DNA of 64,000 bases, from NCBI GenBank assembly GCA_963727825.1, contig CAVSHO010000009.1, positions 1 to 64,000 on the forward strand, written 5' to 3'. Below, one piece after another: positions 21,867 to 30,390 of this stretch (its first letter is position 1; each line of letters opens with the position of its first letter). The translations under genes and the position numbers were made by a program. The stretch is from Ignavibacteriota bacterium (GTDB taxonomy: Bacteria; Bacteroidota; Ignavibacteria; UBA10030). The notes beneath the pieces are model-generated. The model worked only from the letters and a program-made list of their open reading frames with translations. It was not told the origin of the DNA and ran no database searches.

Positions 21867-22738
21867 TGTATGAACATATCGCACATATCGATGTTGCCTT
21901 AACAGTTCAGGATCGTTGCCGTCTTTCCGGTGTTCCGCGGTCAAGTTATTACCGCCAGCACACGACCAGAGGCAAATAGATCGAGTTGTAGGGCAAGTGC
22001 ACCAAGATCTGTGGCGAGTATCCACGCTATGGCTATCGACGTGTGACCAAAGAATTAGCTCGTCGTGGTACACAGGCGAATCATAAACGTGTTTTAACCC
22101 TGATGCGTAAGGAGAATCTCTTGTGCCGGATCAAACGACGTTTTGTTCGTACAACCGATTCGCGACACGGCTTACCGATTTACCCGAATGTGGCACGAAC
22201 GCTTCTCGTAACACGACCTAACGAACTCTGGGTTGCCGATATCACCTATGTGCGCTTGCTTCGTGGCTTTGCCTATCTGGCGGTCATCCTTGATGCATTT
22301 AGTCGCCGAGTTGTTGGCTGGGCAATGAGTATGCACATTGATACAAAGTTGAGCTTGGCTGCATTAACGATGGCTTTGGAAACGCGTTTTGTTGCCAATG
22401 GTCTGGTGCATCATTCGGACCGTGGCGTGCAGTACGCCTCCAGCGACTACGTTGCTCTCTTGAAGTCAAAGAACATTGTCATTAGCATGAGCCGCAAGGG
22501 AAATCCTTATGACAATGCTATGGCAGAATCATTTATGAAAACTCTCAAGTCCGAAGAAGTCTCATTAAACGAATATGAAACCTTCTCCGATGCAAAACTA
22601 AATATCGAACACTTTATCGATCTTGTTTATAATAATAAACGGCTTCATTCGTCCATCGGTTATATAACCCCGGTTGAGTCTGAAGCTCCATATATGAACG
22701 GTTCCACCTTAGTTCAACAAAATTATGTCTCAGTTTAG
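21866..22738 (+). CDS. IS3 OrfB DDE integrase-core transposase (two in-frame TAGs in the 5' part)
   Basis: YGYRRV, WVADITY, HHSDRGVQY, GNPYDNAMAESF and YNNKRLHSSIGY. Lies in the -1 frame relative to OrfA. Confidence 0.88.
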
Positions 22739-22976
22739 GGGTTCACTCCAGTGGACAATAATTTAGAAACTATAAACTTCTATTATTCCCTTCGATACTT
22801 CGGCAGGCTCAGCACAGGTACGATTACTTCGTAATCACTCAGGGAACGAATAATCGGTGGTTGAGTAGCCTCGTTTTATGGCATAGAGTCCAGTCCCTGA
22901 CTGACTGTAAGGAGCGCGGCAATCTCATACACTCGTCATTGCGAGCGATGCCAACGGTAGCGCGTGGCAATCTCTC

Positions 22977-23289
22977 TCATTCAAGCGGTAGAATATCTCC
23001 CTCATGATATAAATCTATCCATTCGGGATTCATGGTATTAATAAGATCAAGTTTCTTCTGTCTTGAACCTGCTTTGATTTGCTTCTCTCGTGAAATAGCA
23101 TCATATGCAGTTCCAAATATTTCGTAATACACAAGTTTAGTAATATTGTACCGACTGGTAAATCCTTTTATCCGTTTCTCTTTGTGTTCCAATACTCTGC
23201 GCACAAGATCGTTTGTCATACCGGTATACAGCACAACATTATTCTTATTGGTCATTATATATACAAAGTATTGTCGTTCTTCGGTACAT
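22977..23289 (-). CDS. Small GIY-YIG nuclease
   Basis: An in-frame extension gives QYFVYIMTN..VLYTGMTNDLVRRVLEHK..LVYYE..AISREKQIK..NPEW.DL. The probable ATG at 23289 is one base out of frame. Confidence 0.88.
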
Positions 23290-23601
23290 AAGCTATGCCG
23301 TCATAGCGTAACAACATTACCCCGTCATTGCGAACAACAGGATTCAGTCATTGCGAGCGGTGCCAGCGGCAGCGCATGGCAATCTCTTTTTTTACTCGTG
23401 CGATCAGATTGCTTCGTCGCTACACTCCTCGCAATGACGTAATAGCGCCGCGAGCACAGGCTATTTATCATTGCGAGTGACTGTTAGGAGCATGGCAATC
23501 TCACACCCGTTATTGCGGGCCCGACGTGCTTGCCCACCGTCTGTTTAGCAATCTCTCTTTTTCCTGTATCATCAGATTGTCACTGTTTACTCTTTACAGT
23601 C

Positions 23602-24000
23602 CTAATTCTTTTTCACCGTCTTCAGGTTAAGAAATCTTTCAAAGGGAAAGAAGTCTTTGTCATTGTGTAAAAGGATGATATTGTTCTGTATACAAAATGT
23701 CGCTATAATAACATCAATGGTTTTGCGAATAGTGATGCCCCTTTTGCGTAAATACCTGAAATGTTCTGCACTTTTTATGGCAACTGCTGCACCGCAAATA
23801 TCATAACACGGGAAAAACCCGAGCATCGCTTTTGCTTTTGCATAATCCTTGTCGGTCCGGAAGCCCTGCAGAACTTCAGCCAACACATAATCGCTGATGA
23901 TAATAATATCCTTCTCCAACATTTCATCTAATGCATCTGACTGCCATGCTGGAGTACCGTTAAAATAGTCTATCCAGACGGAAGAGCCCACAAAGATCAT
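23602..24000 (-). CDS. vapC: VapC PIN-domain toxin (first catalytic Asp appears as Gly)
   Basis: MIFVGSSVWIDYF, EVLQG, RKRGITIRKTIDVIIATFCI and LLHNDKDF. Confidence 0.88.
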   Translation of the reverse strand: MIFVGSSVWIDYFNGTPAWQSDALDEMLEKDIIIISDYVLAEVLQGFRTDKDYAKAKAMLGFFPCYDICGAAVAIKSAEHFRYLRKRGITIRKTIDVIIATFCIQNNIILLHNDKDFFPFERFLNLKTVKKN

Positions 24001-24191
24001 TGCGACGCTCTCATCTCGTCAAGATTACCCTCCCATTTCAAGCGGCCACGGAGAGACTTTAAGCGGCCCTGTTTCTTTATGTGCACCAGCAGTTTAAGCG
24101 CTTCCTCGACAACTTCTTTTTTAGTAGAGTGACCGGTCGTTTTTAACGCCGCAGACATCAATGTATCATCAATAATAATATTTGTACGCAT
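23997..24191 (-). CDS. vapB: VapB antitoxin
   Basis: MRTNIIIDDTLM..TKKEVVEEALKLL..WEGNLDEMR, with a 4-bp overlap with vapC. Confidence 0.9.
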   Translation of the reverse strand: MRTNIIIDDTLMSAALKTTGHSTKKEVVEEALKLLVHIKKQGRLKSLRGRLKWEGNLDEMRASQ

Positions 24192-24274
24192 AACATCCTT
24201 TCATGTGAATGATTCTTGTGTAAGATACACATCCACAATGAAAATAACAAGAACAGGACAAATAATTATCGTAC

Positions 24275-24410
24275 TCACTCAGGAATACCGTTGTTTGAGT
24301 GGTCCCGCTGTGAGCGGACGTATCGAAGCCCGGTGGCTGAGTATCCCGCTGAATTCTATTCAGCGGGAGTATCGAAGCCCGGTGGTTGAGTGTTTCAAAG
24401 TCGAAGGCAC
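24275..24410. repeat. GGTGG(T/C)TGAGT..GTATCGAAGCC REP-like repeat family with internal TCCCGC hairpins
   Basis: Tandem units at 24290-24390. Related sequence at 21140-21160 and 21400-21411, and inverted at 22788-22848. Confidence 0.7.
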
Positions 24411-24651
24411 TATAATGTCACACGCAAAAGTACGTTACTATACTTAATAACTCAACTGCTCATCTTTTTACTAACCACAGACTCACTACATTCATCAAAT
24501 AGCTTATTACAGTATCCGTTATATAGTATGCAGTAAAGAAGTTAAATCCCAAAACCAAATGCTTAAAAAAACAAACAATTCACAAATATCAATAAATTCC
24601 AAAGTGCTGAAATTAGTTTATTTTAGAAATTGAATATTGATATTTGTTTAT

Positions 24652-24771
24652 GGTAACTACTCTATTGTCATTCCCGAAAGTTTTTATCGGGAATCTTGAT
24701 AAATCCACGATAAGATTCCCGCTTAAAATCCGCGGGAATGACATGTGCTTTTTGGTATGCTGAGCAGTTGC
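24652..24771. mobile_element. Possible MITE carrying a GTCATTCCCG..CGGGAATGAC palindrome
   Basis: Imperfect terminal IRs GGTAACTACTC and GAGCAGTTGC enclose paired hairpins at 24667-24742. No clear TSD. Confidence 0.45.
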
Positions 24772-24963
24772 TGTTTGTGATTTGTACATTTGTTCTTTGA
24801 AATTTTATTTTTTTTGCATAACATCAATTTTATATTGTAAATTCTTTGAAAAATCTAACCAGACCTCGGTTTCAGACGTTCATTAACTTATCGGCTTATC
24901 TACTCATCGCCTTCACTGGTCATTGGCTCACCGTCTCAAAGACTCGTCCCCTTCTCTCCTTCC

Positions 24964-25017
24964 AATCCTCAATCAGCAATCCGCAATGATTCTTTTTATC
25001 TCCTATACTCATCATCT
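24964..25017 (+). repeat. 54-bp direct repeat, copy 1 (copy 2 at 26079-26132)
   Basis: AATCCTCAATCAGCAATCCGCAATGATTCT(T/C)TTTATCTCCTATACTCATCATCT, 53 of 54 positions identical between copies. Confidence 0.92.
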
Positions 25018-25136
25018 CAAAGGCTCATTGGCTCAATCATTCCCAATGCTGCTGTATAAGATTTTTGGTAAACAATCAAATCTCTATAACCCCTATACTC
25101 CTTACTCATCTCTGCCTACTCCCTACTTTCCTCTTT

Positions 25137-25245
25137 TCAATCCCCAATCAGCAATCCGCATTCCACAATCCTCAATCGATCCCAATCAATCAGCATTCAC
25201 AATCTTCATCCGCCATCCACAATCCTCATTCCTCAATCCGCAATT
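25137..25245. repeat. Heptamer array (CAATCCN)
   Basis: Same unit as the arrays at 1-220 and 888-989. Confidence 0.85.
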
Positions 25246-25263
25246 TCCTTTTCCCTCTTTTAC

Positions 25264-25662
25264 TCATCTACTCATTTGTTTCGGTTTAATCTCCTCAAGA
25301 ATCTTTACCATCAATTTTTCAAAAGCCGGTAATCGTTTAAAAAGTAAATCAGCCACCTCTTTATGGTATGTGTGTGATGTCAGATTCCTTGCATCGATCA
25401 TTTCCAACGCGCATTCCGCTTCTGTGTCATTAAGGATCCCTAACTTTTTCGCTTCTCTCATACATGATTTTGGTGAGGCGGAAACAATTCCTTCAGATTC
25501 TTTAAGATATACCTGTAAACATTTCCATAGAGCTTCCGTTGTATATTCAAAACGCTGGATAGCCGCATCTTGTATGGTGGCCGAATAGTTCTCCTTTAAA
25601 ATCTCGCTCAATGTTTTTAATGCTCTCGATGCATCGCTGTATTTTTGAAGGAATAAATTCAT
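25264..25662 (-). CDS. HEPN toxin / HI0074-family nucleotidyltransferase substrate-binding subunit
   Basis: IQRFEYTTEALWK and the RX4HXY motif RNLTSHTY. Confidence 0.9.
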   Translation of the reverse strand: MNLFLQKYSDASRALKTLSEILKENYSATIQDAAIQRFEYTTEALWKCLQVYLKESEGIVSASPKSCMREAKKLGILNDTEAECALEMIDARNLTSHTYHKEVADLLFKRLPAFEKLMVKILEEIKPKQMSR

Positions 25663-25665
25663 GAT

Positions 25666-25959
25666 CTACGCCCTCCACCATACCGCATGTAATAATGCGT
25701 TTTTTTTAAACGATTCCGATGCCATTGAAAAATCGACAATATCAACTACATACGGCACTGTGAGTTCTTCTACTCTTTCCCGTACCCGGGAGAGTGCTGC
25801 ACGGTTAATGATGCCCCTGGGTATGATAGCAACATCGATATCGGAAGCGTTAGTTTCAGTTCCAACTGCGGCTGAGCCGAATAATGCGATGCCAACATCT
25901 TCTCCGGCAAGTTCGTTGAGGACATTCTGTTTTATTTTTTCAAGATACTCCTGAAGCAT
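25666..25959 (-). CDS. Minimal nucleotidyltransferase (MNT antitoxin)
   Basis: LFGS..G....SDIDVAI and VDIVD. Confidence 0.9.
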   Translation of the reverse strand: MLQEYLEKIKQNVLNELAGEDVGIALFGSAAVGTETNASDIDVAIIPRGIINRAALSRVRERVEELTVPYVVDIVDFSMASESFKKNALLHAVWWRA

Positions 25960-26029
25960 CTATTTCTTACCTGCCATTGTCCACGTTGTATGCATCCACT
26001 ATTCTTATTCTCTCAACTTCTCATTGTCT

Positions 26030-26132
26030 CCAATTCCAATCCTCAATCCCTGCCTACCGGCAGGCAGGCGCAACCCGTAATCCTCAATCAGCAATCCGCA
26101 ATGATTCTCTTTATCTCCTATACTCATCATCT
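26030..26132 (+). repeat. Heptamer units with an inserted 20-bp palindrome, plus 54-bp direct repeat copy 2
   Basis: CCTGCCTACCGGCAGGCAGG at 26049-26068 and the direct repeat at 26079-26132. Confidence 0.9.
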
Positions 26133-26277
26133 TATGATCTCAAATACTCAACTACTCATCCGCCGTGGCTACAGTCAACCTCGCAATAACTTATTTTCCG
26201 CAAATAGGCACAATATATTGTGCACTACCTCATCTTCATCAACTAAACAACTACGCACAAAGAACCAAGCACTACGC

Positions 26278-29193
26278 TCACAACTTTGTCGCAAGCACAA
26301 CAACTGTTGCCGCTGAGACGAATATTGCAAGCACATCTTTAACAAATTCAAATGTCGTTGTTTGTTTATCCTTCGGTACAACCTCCGGAGGTGCCGGTTT
26401 TTCCTTTACAACAAAAATGCTCGATCCGTCCGGTATACCCGGGTTTGAAGACCACCAATGTGTACCTACTTCCTCGGACAAACCTGTCGGATAAGTGACC
26501 AATATAAAATCTGCACTGTCGGTGACACCACCGGAACCTTTAATGTAAAAGGAAGTGGATTTGCCGTCTACATAAGAAAATAGACCTGGATTATTGACCT
26601 CTCCGGTTACCATCACTGCGAACGGTTGTTTTGGTATTGTGACGGTGTCATTTGGCTGCAGAAAAATATCGTCATTCCCTTTCGGATCTTCAATCGCATT
26701 ACGAATATTAATTCTCATTTTTAATCCACCGCGAGCAACCCTTCCTCCCTCTGCATAACCTCCATTTTTTATTCCGCCCGCCCGTTTGATAATATTCGAA
26801 AGATGTTCGTCCAATTTGCTGAGAACATAGGTTCCAGGATGATTTACTTCTCCATTAATAGTTACACTTTTCTGGAATATATAATTAGGATCCGGCCTGA
26901 TAAAAACCTGGTCGCGATGCTGTAACTTAAAACTTGTCGTTCGATATTGATCAATTTTATCCTGTGAAAGAGCTTGCGGATCAAAGAAATCCGGTATTGG
27001 GACGAACATGATTCTTGTTAATGAATCTCGTCCTATTCCTTTTCGCTGAATTCTGGAGATTTCTGCTTGATCTGTTGAAGCATCTTCCGTGTATCCACCT
27101 GCTTCAATTAAGAGGTCAAAAACCGTCATATTCTCGGACAATTTATAGCGGCCTGGTGCTTTTACGCTCCCGCCGATATCGACATAGCGTTCCGTAAATT
27201 GAACGGCGTTAATCGGATAAATGATGATGCGGTCTCCCGCCAATAAAAGTGTATCGTTACTATGATATTGAAAAAGGTCCCAGAGATTAAATGGGATGAT
27301 GTGGGAAGTGAAGCGGTCCGGATTCAAACGCACTAAATCAGCACGTTGTAAATAAACTTGAGATCTGAAAAGTGTATCGGACAATCCGACGGCATCTTTG
27401 ACCAAATTATACAATGTATAATTCCCATAAAGCGGATATGTGCCGGGATGTTTTGCCATTCCCTCTACTCTGACGCTATCAGGGTTCGCAAGGACTTCTT
27501 GCCAGCTATAAACCCGTAAACTATCCCACGATTCTAATTCTAAATTATTGAGTTTATCACCTTCCATTGCCCGGTTTAAATCGATATAAAACACATCTGT
27601 ATGATAATCATCGTATGTGCGCACTAATTTGGCGCGATCCATGTATGCTTCCGGCATTAAGCTATCTGCTTCTTCAATAAGGTCCCTCACCGTCGGAACT
27701 TTTTCAAGTTGATATGTTCCCGGCCTCCAAACGGCGCCATCTATCTTTACATAATTTTCTTTTTCGTCCTGGATGGGGAAGATGGTCACAATATCCCCAT
27801 CTTCAAGTGCATAATCTTTCCCATGAAGCAAAATATCGGAGAAATCGAGATCGAATATTTTCCTTTCAAAATCTCCGGGCTTACGTTCGGCGAATGGAAT
27901 AATTCTATCAATCTGAATTCTTTGAAGATAAAATGTATTACGGATTCCACCCGAGAATTCCAACAAACGTCTTAAATTCTCATTCGGTAAAAGTTCGTAA
28001 TAGGCAGAACGAATTACGGCGCCTTTGATTCCAACTGTTTTTCCCCGCAATGGTACATAAATCATATCATTTTCATTTATCCGGATATCCTTAGTCTTTT
28101 CTGATCCGATTAAATAATCATACAAATCTACCTTTGCAGCAGTTTTGCCGTTTCTTATAAGTCGAATTTCTCTCATTCCTCCGTGAATTAACGGGCCGCC
28201 TACAGTGAAAAGCGCATTGAATACTGTTGAGAAAGGATTTATTGAATAGACTCCGGGATTTGCTACTTCACCCACCACGAATGCTTGAATTGGGCGTAAT
28301 CGTGCTATAGTGAGATCGAGGAATGTTGTGGGCGGTTTTGCAACGAGCCCTGAGAGTGATTGTGAAAGCGCGCGAATAACCCGTGCCTTAGCTTGATCAA
28401 GTGTATAACCAGCAACGAGCACCGGCCCTGCCGGCTGGATAAGTATTCTTCCTTCAGTATCGACAGTATATTCATACATGCTTTGCGTATCACCCCAGAG
28501 GGCAATGCGCAATACATCCCCTTCACCGACGATATACGAATTATCAGCAAGGTTTGGGCGTGCTTCAAATGCGCTTGGTCCCGCTTTAAAAAGATTGTAT
28601 CCGAAATAAGGAATGCTGTCTGGCCCCATGATTTGAGCTGCCTCTTTAGGCGGGGTTGACGGTGCGGGAGCCTGAACAACAGGCGGTTGAACAACCGGCA
28701 TCTGAACGACAGGAATCTGAGTTCCAGGTGCTTGAACAACCGGCGTTTGAGTTCCAGGGAATTGAACAGCCGGCTGTCCGGGAGTCCCATTAGGATTGAC
28801 TTGCGTAGGGGAAACCTGGATGTTGACTTGCGTTTGAGGCTGTGCACCTTGTGTCGTATCGGCAGAACGCCCCTTTAGATAACTCTCTAAATCGATTCCA
28901 ACAGAGTTTGCTTTTGCCTGTGCCTCTTCCATTGTCATTCCATACTTTGCAACTGCAGCCCGGATCTCATCCGGAGTCATTGTACCGAGTTTTGCTTTTG
29001 CCTCAGCAACTTGGGCAGCGCTTTGTGAATATGCGGTTTGCACGGAGAAGCTATTGAGAGAAATTGCCGTTAAAATGAGCAGTCCCCCTAATGTTTTGAA
29101 ATTGAATTTTCTCATAGATTTGTGAGAAGGAATGAAAGGACAAACCTTGCTTTTAAAAATAGAAATGTCTTTCATAACTTCATTTTGCTCCAC
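26278..29193 (-). CDS. Polysaccharide export protein with multiple SLBB domains (Wza/KpsD-like)
   Basis: YFGYNLF, YIVGEGDVLRIALWG, repeated V.GEV..PG.Y / GG SLBB motifs and a C-terminal helix. The start is probably MRKFNF near 29113. Confidence 0.9.
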   Translation of the reverse strand: MEQNEVMKDISIFKSKVCPFIPSHKSMRKFNFKTLGGLLILTAISLNSFSVQTAYSQSAAQVAEAKAKLGTMTPDEIRAAVAKYGMTMEEAQAKANSVGIDLESYLKGRSADTTQGAQPQTQVNIQVSPTQVNPNGTPGQPAVQFPGTQTPVVQAPGTQIPVVQMPVVQPPVVQAPAPSTPPKEAAQIMGPDSIPYFGYNLFKAGPSAFEARPNLADNSYIVGEGDVLRIALWGDTQSMYEYTVDTEGRILIQPAGPVLVAGYTLDQAKARVIRALSQSLSGLVAKPPTTFLDLTIARLRPIQAFVVGEVANPGVYSINPFSTVFNALFTVGGPLIHGGMREIRLIRNGKTAAKVDLYDYLIGSEKTKDIRINENDMIYVPLRGKTVGIKGAVIRSAYYELLPNENLRRLLEFSGGIRNTFYLQRIQIDRIIPFAERKPGDFERKIFDLDFSDILLHGKDYALEDGDIVTIFPIQDEKENYVKIDGAVWRPGTYQLEKVPTVRDLIEEADSLMPEAYMDRAKLVRTYDDYHTDVFYIDLNRAMEGDKLNNLELESWDSLRVYSWQEVLANPDSVRVEGMAKHPGTYPLYGNYTLYNLVKDAVGLSDTLFRSQVYLQRADLVRLNPDRFTSHIIPFNLWDLFQYHSNDTLLLAGDRIIIYPINAVQFTERYVDIGGSVKAPGRYKLSENMTVFDLLIEAGGYTEDASTDQAEISRIQRKGIGRDSLTRIMFVPIPDFFDPQALSQDKIDQYRTTSFKLQHRDQVFIRPDPNYIFQKSVTINGEVNHPGTYVLSKLDEHLSNIIKRAGGIKNGGYAEGGRVARGGLKMRINIRNAIEDPKGNDDIFLQPNDTVTIPKQPFAVMVTGEVNNPGLFSYVDGKSTSFYIKGSGGVTDSADFILVTYPTGLSEEVGTHWWSSNPGIPDGSSIFVVKEKPAPPEVVPKDKQTTTFEFVKDVLAIFVSAATVVVLATKL

Positions 29194-29321
29194 AGTTTAT
29201 GATAACTCAGTTTAAATTTTTTAGGTATCTTAGAAGATAATTTAAATCTATTGGTGCTATACAAAGAATCTCTTTTAAAAAAGAACACATTTTTTCAGTA
29301 TATAACATTGATTGGTAATAT

Positions 29322-29909
29322 AATTCTTTTATTATTGATTTCAAATAACAGTATCGGTCGGTCAGGACGCAAGAGACTGTGTAAAAAGTCTGTTTGTCAT
29401 GCTGAACTTGTTTCAGCATCTATAGAATTTATTAGATTTCAAAGGAACAGATTCCGAAACAAGTTCGGAATGACTGTTTTTACACAATCTGGCAAGTCCT
29501 GACCCCGCTAAATTCTTTTATTATTGATTTCAAATAACAGTATCGGTCGGTCAGGACGCAAGAGACTGCGTAAAAAGTCTGTTTGTCATGCTGAACTTGT
29601 TTCAGCATCTATAAAATTTATTAGATTTCAAAGGAACAGATTCCGAAACAAGTTCGGAATGACTGTTTTTACACAATCTGGCAAGTCCTGACCCCGCTAA
29701 ATTCTTTTATTATTGATTTCAAATAACAGTATCGGTCAGGACGCAAGAGACTGTGTAAAAAGTCTGTTTGTCATGCTGAACTTGTTTCAGCATCTATAGA
29801 ATTTATTAGATTTCAAAGGAACAGATTCCGAAACAAATTCGGAATGACTGTTTTTACACAATCTGGCAAGTCCTGACCCCACTAAACTCTTTTATTATTG
29901 ATTTCAAAT
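29322..29909 (+). repeat. 189-bp tandem repeat (3 copies plus a partial copy), each with a nested MITE-like element
   Basis: Units start at 29322, 29511, 29700 and 29885. They are near identical, and unit 3 lacks 4 bp. Confidence 0.95.
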
Positions 29910-29974
29910 GATGTTGTTCGCAAACACCGAAGATTAGGGAGCTTTATATCGAGTCAAAAAAAGAGAAGAAAAAT

Positions 29975-30242
29975 GTTTATAGTTTTTAAATTATTGTCCA
30001 CCACCCCGTACCCCTCCTCAAATGAGGAGGGGAAAAATGCGGCATTGAAGACTCATCAAGATTCCCAATAACTGGAAGCTTAAAAATGTATTACGTCTCG
30101 CGTGATTACTTTTGAAGTGTCAGGAGAAAACTCCTGACACCACTTGGAATATGACTGCGTCAGCACCTCGTACTCCTCCTCAAATGAGCCTGCCCGCAGC
30201 AGGCGGGGAGGGGAAAATGTCCAGTCAGTGACTGGACTCTAC
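29975..30242. repeat. REP cluster (two CCCCTCCTCA-A-ATGAGGAGGGG hairpins, a GTGTCAGGAG hairpin and a GTAG-type REP)
   Basis: Hairpins at 30011-30032, 30117-30140, about 30173-30213 and 30219-30242. Confidence 0.8.
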
Positions 30243-30390
30243 CTTGTAATACTTATGATTGTGATGGATTTATTTTATATATTAACTCTGTGTCTTGATT
30301 GTTCAAGAGTTATATATTATTGAGATAAATGACTTAATCAAACAATAGAGTAATTCATTATTCATCAGAAAGGCGGATTAAAGGATACTT

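Larger units (their letters stand above)
21462..22750 (+). mobile_element. IS3-family insertion sequence (~1289 bp) with 3-bp GTG target duplication
   Basis: IRL is TGGAGTGCACCCCTTGCGTGAGACA and the reverse complement of IRR is TGGAGTGAACCCCTAAACTGAGACA, giving TG..CA ends. GTG occurs at 21459-21461 and 22751-22753. Confidence 0.95.
21150..23580. repeat. Cluster of GTCATTGCGA..GCAATCTC palindromic (REP/RPE-like) units on both sides of the IS and the GIY-YIG gene
   Basis: Forward units near 21229, 21252, 21368, 21390, 22935, 23324, 23347 and 23467. Inverted units at 21305-21338 and 23405-23438. Confidence 0.85.

Noticed and set aside
21977-21991. Amber recoding (TAG read-through) in IS OrfB
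   Set aside because: TAG serves as a normal stop for other genes in the window (e.g. 32439, 34438, 39597). Damage or sequencing error is the simpler explanation.
24923-25588. 221-aa plus-strand ORF and similar ORFs at 25977-26494
   Set aside because: These are translations of heptamer repeats (PQS/NPQ) and antisense overlaps of real genes.
20736-26277. Integron cassette array
   Set aside because: There is no tyrosine recombinase in the window, and the repeats do not show a consistent RYYYAAC..GTTRRRY attC structure.
29322-29909. CRISPR array
   Set aside because: The units are 189 bp and near identical throughout. There are no unique spacers and no cas genes.
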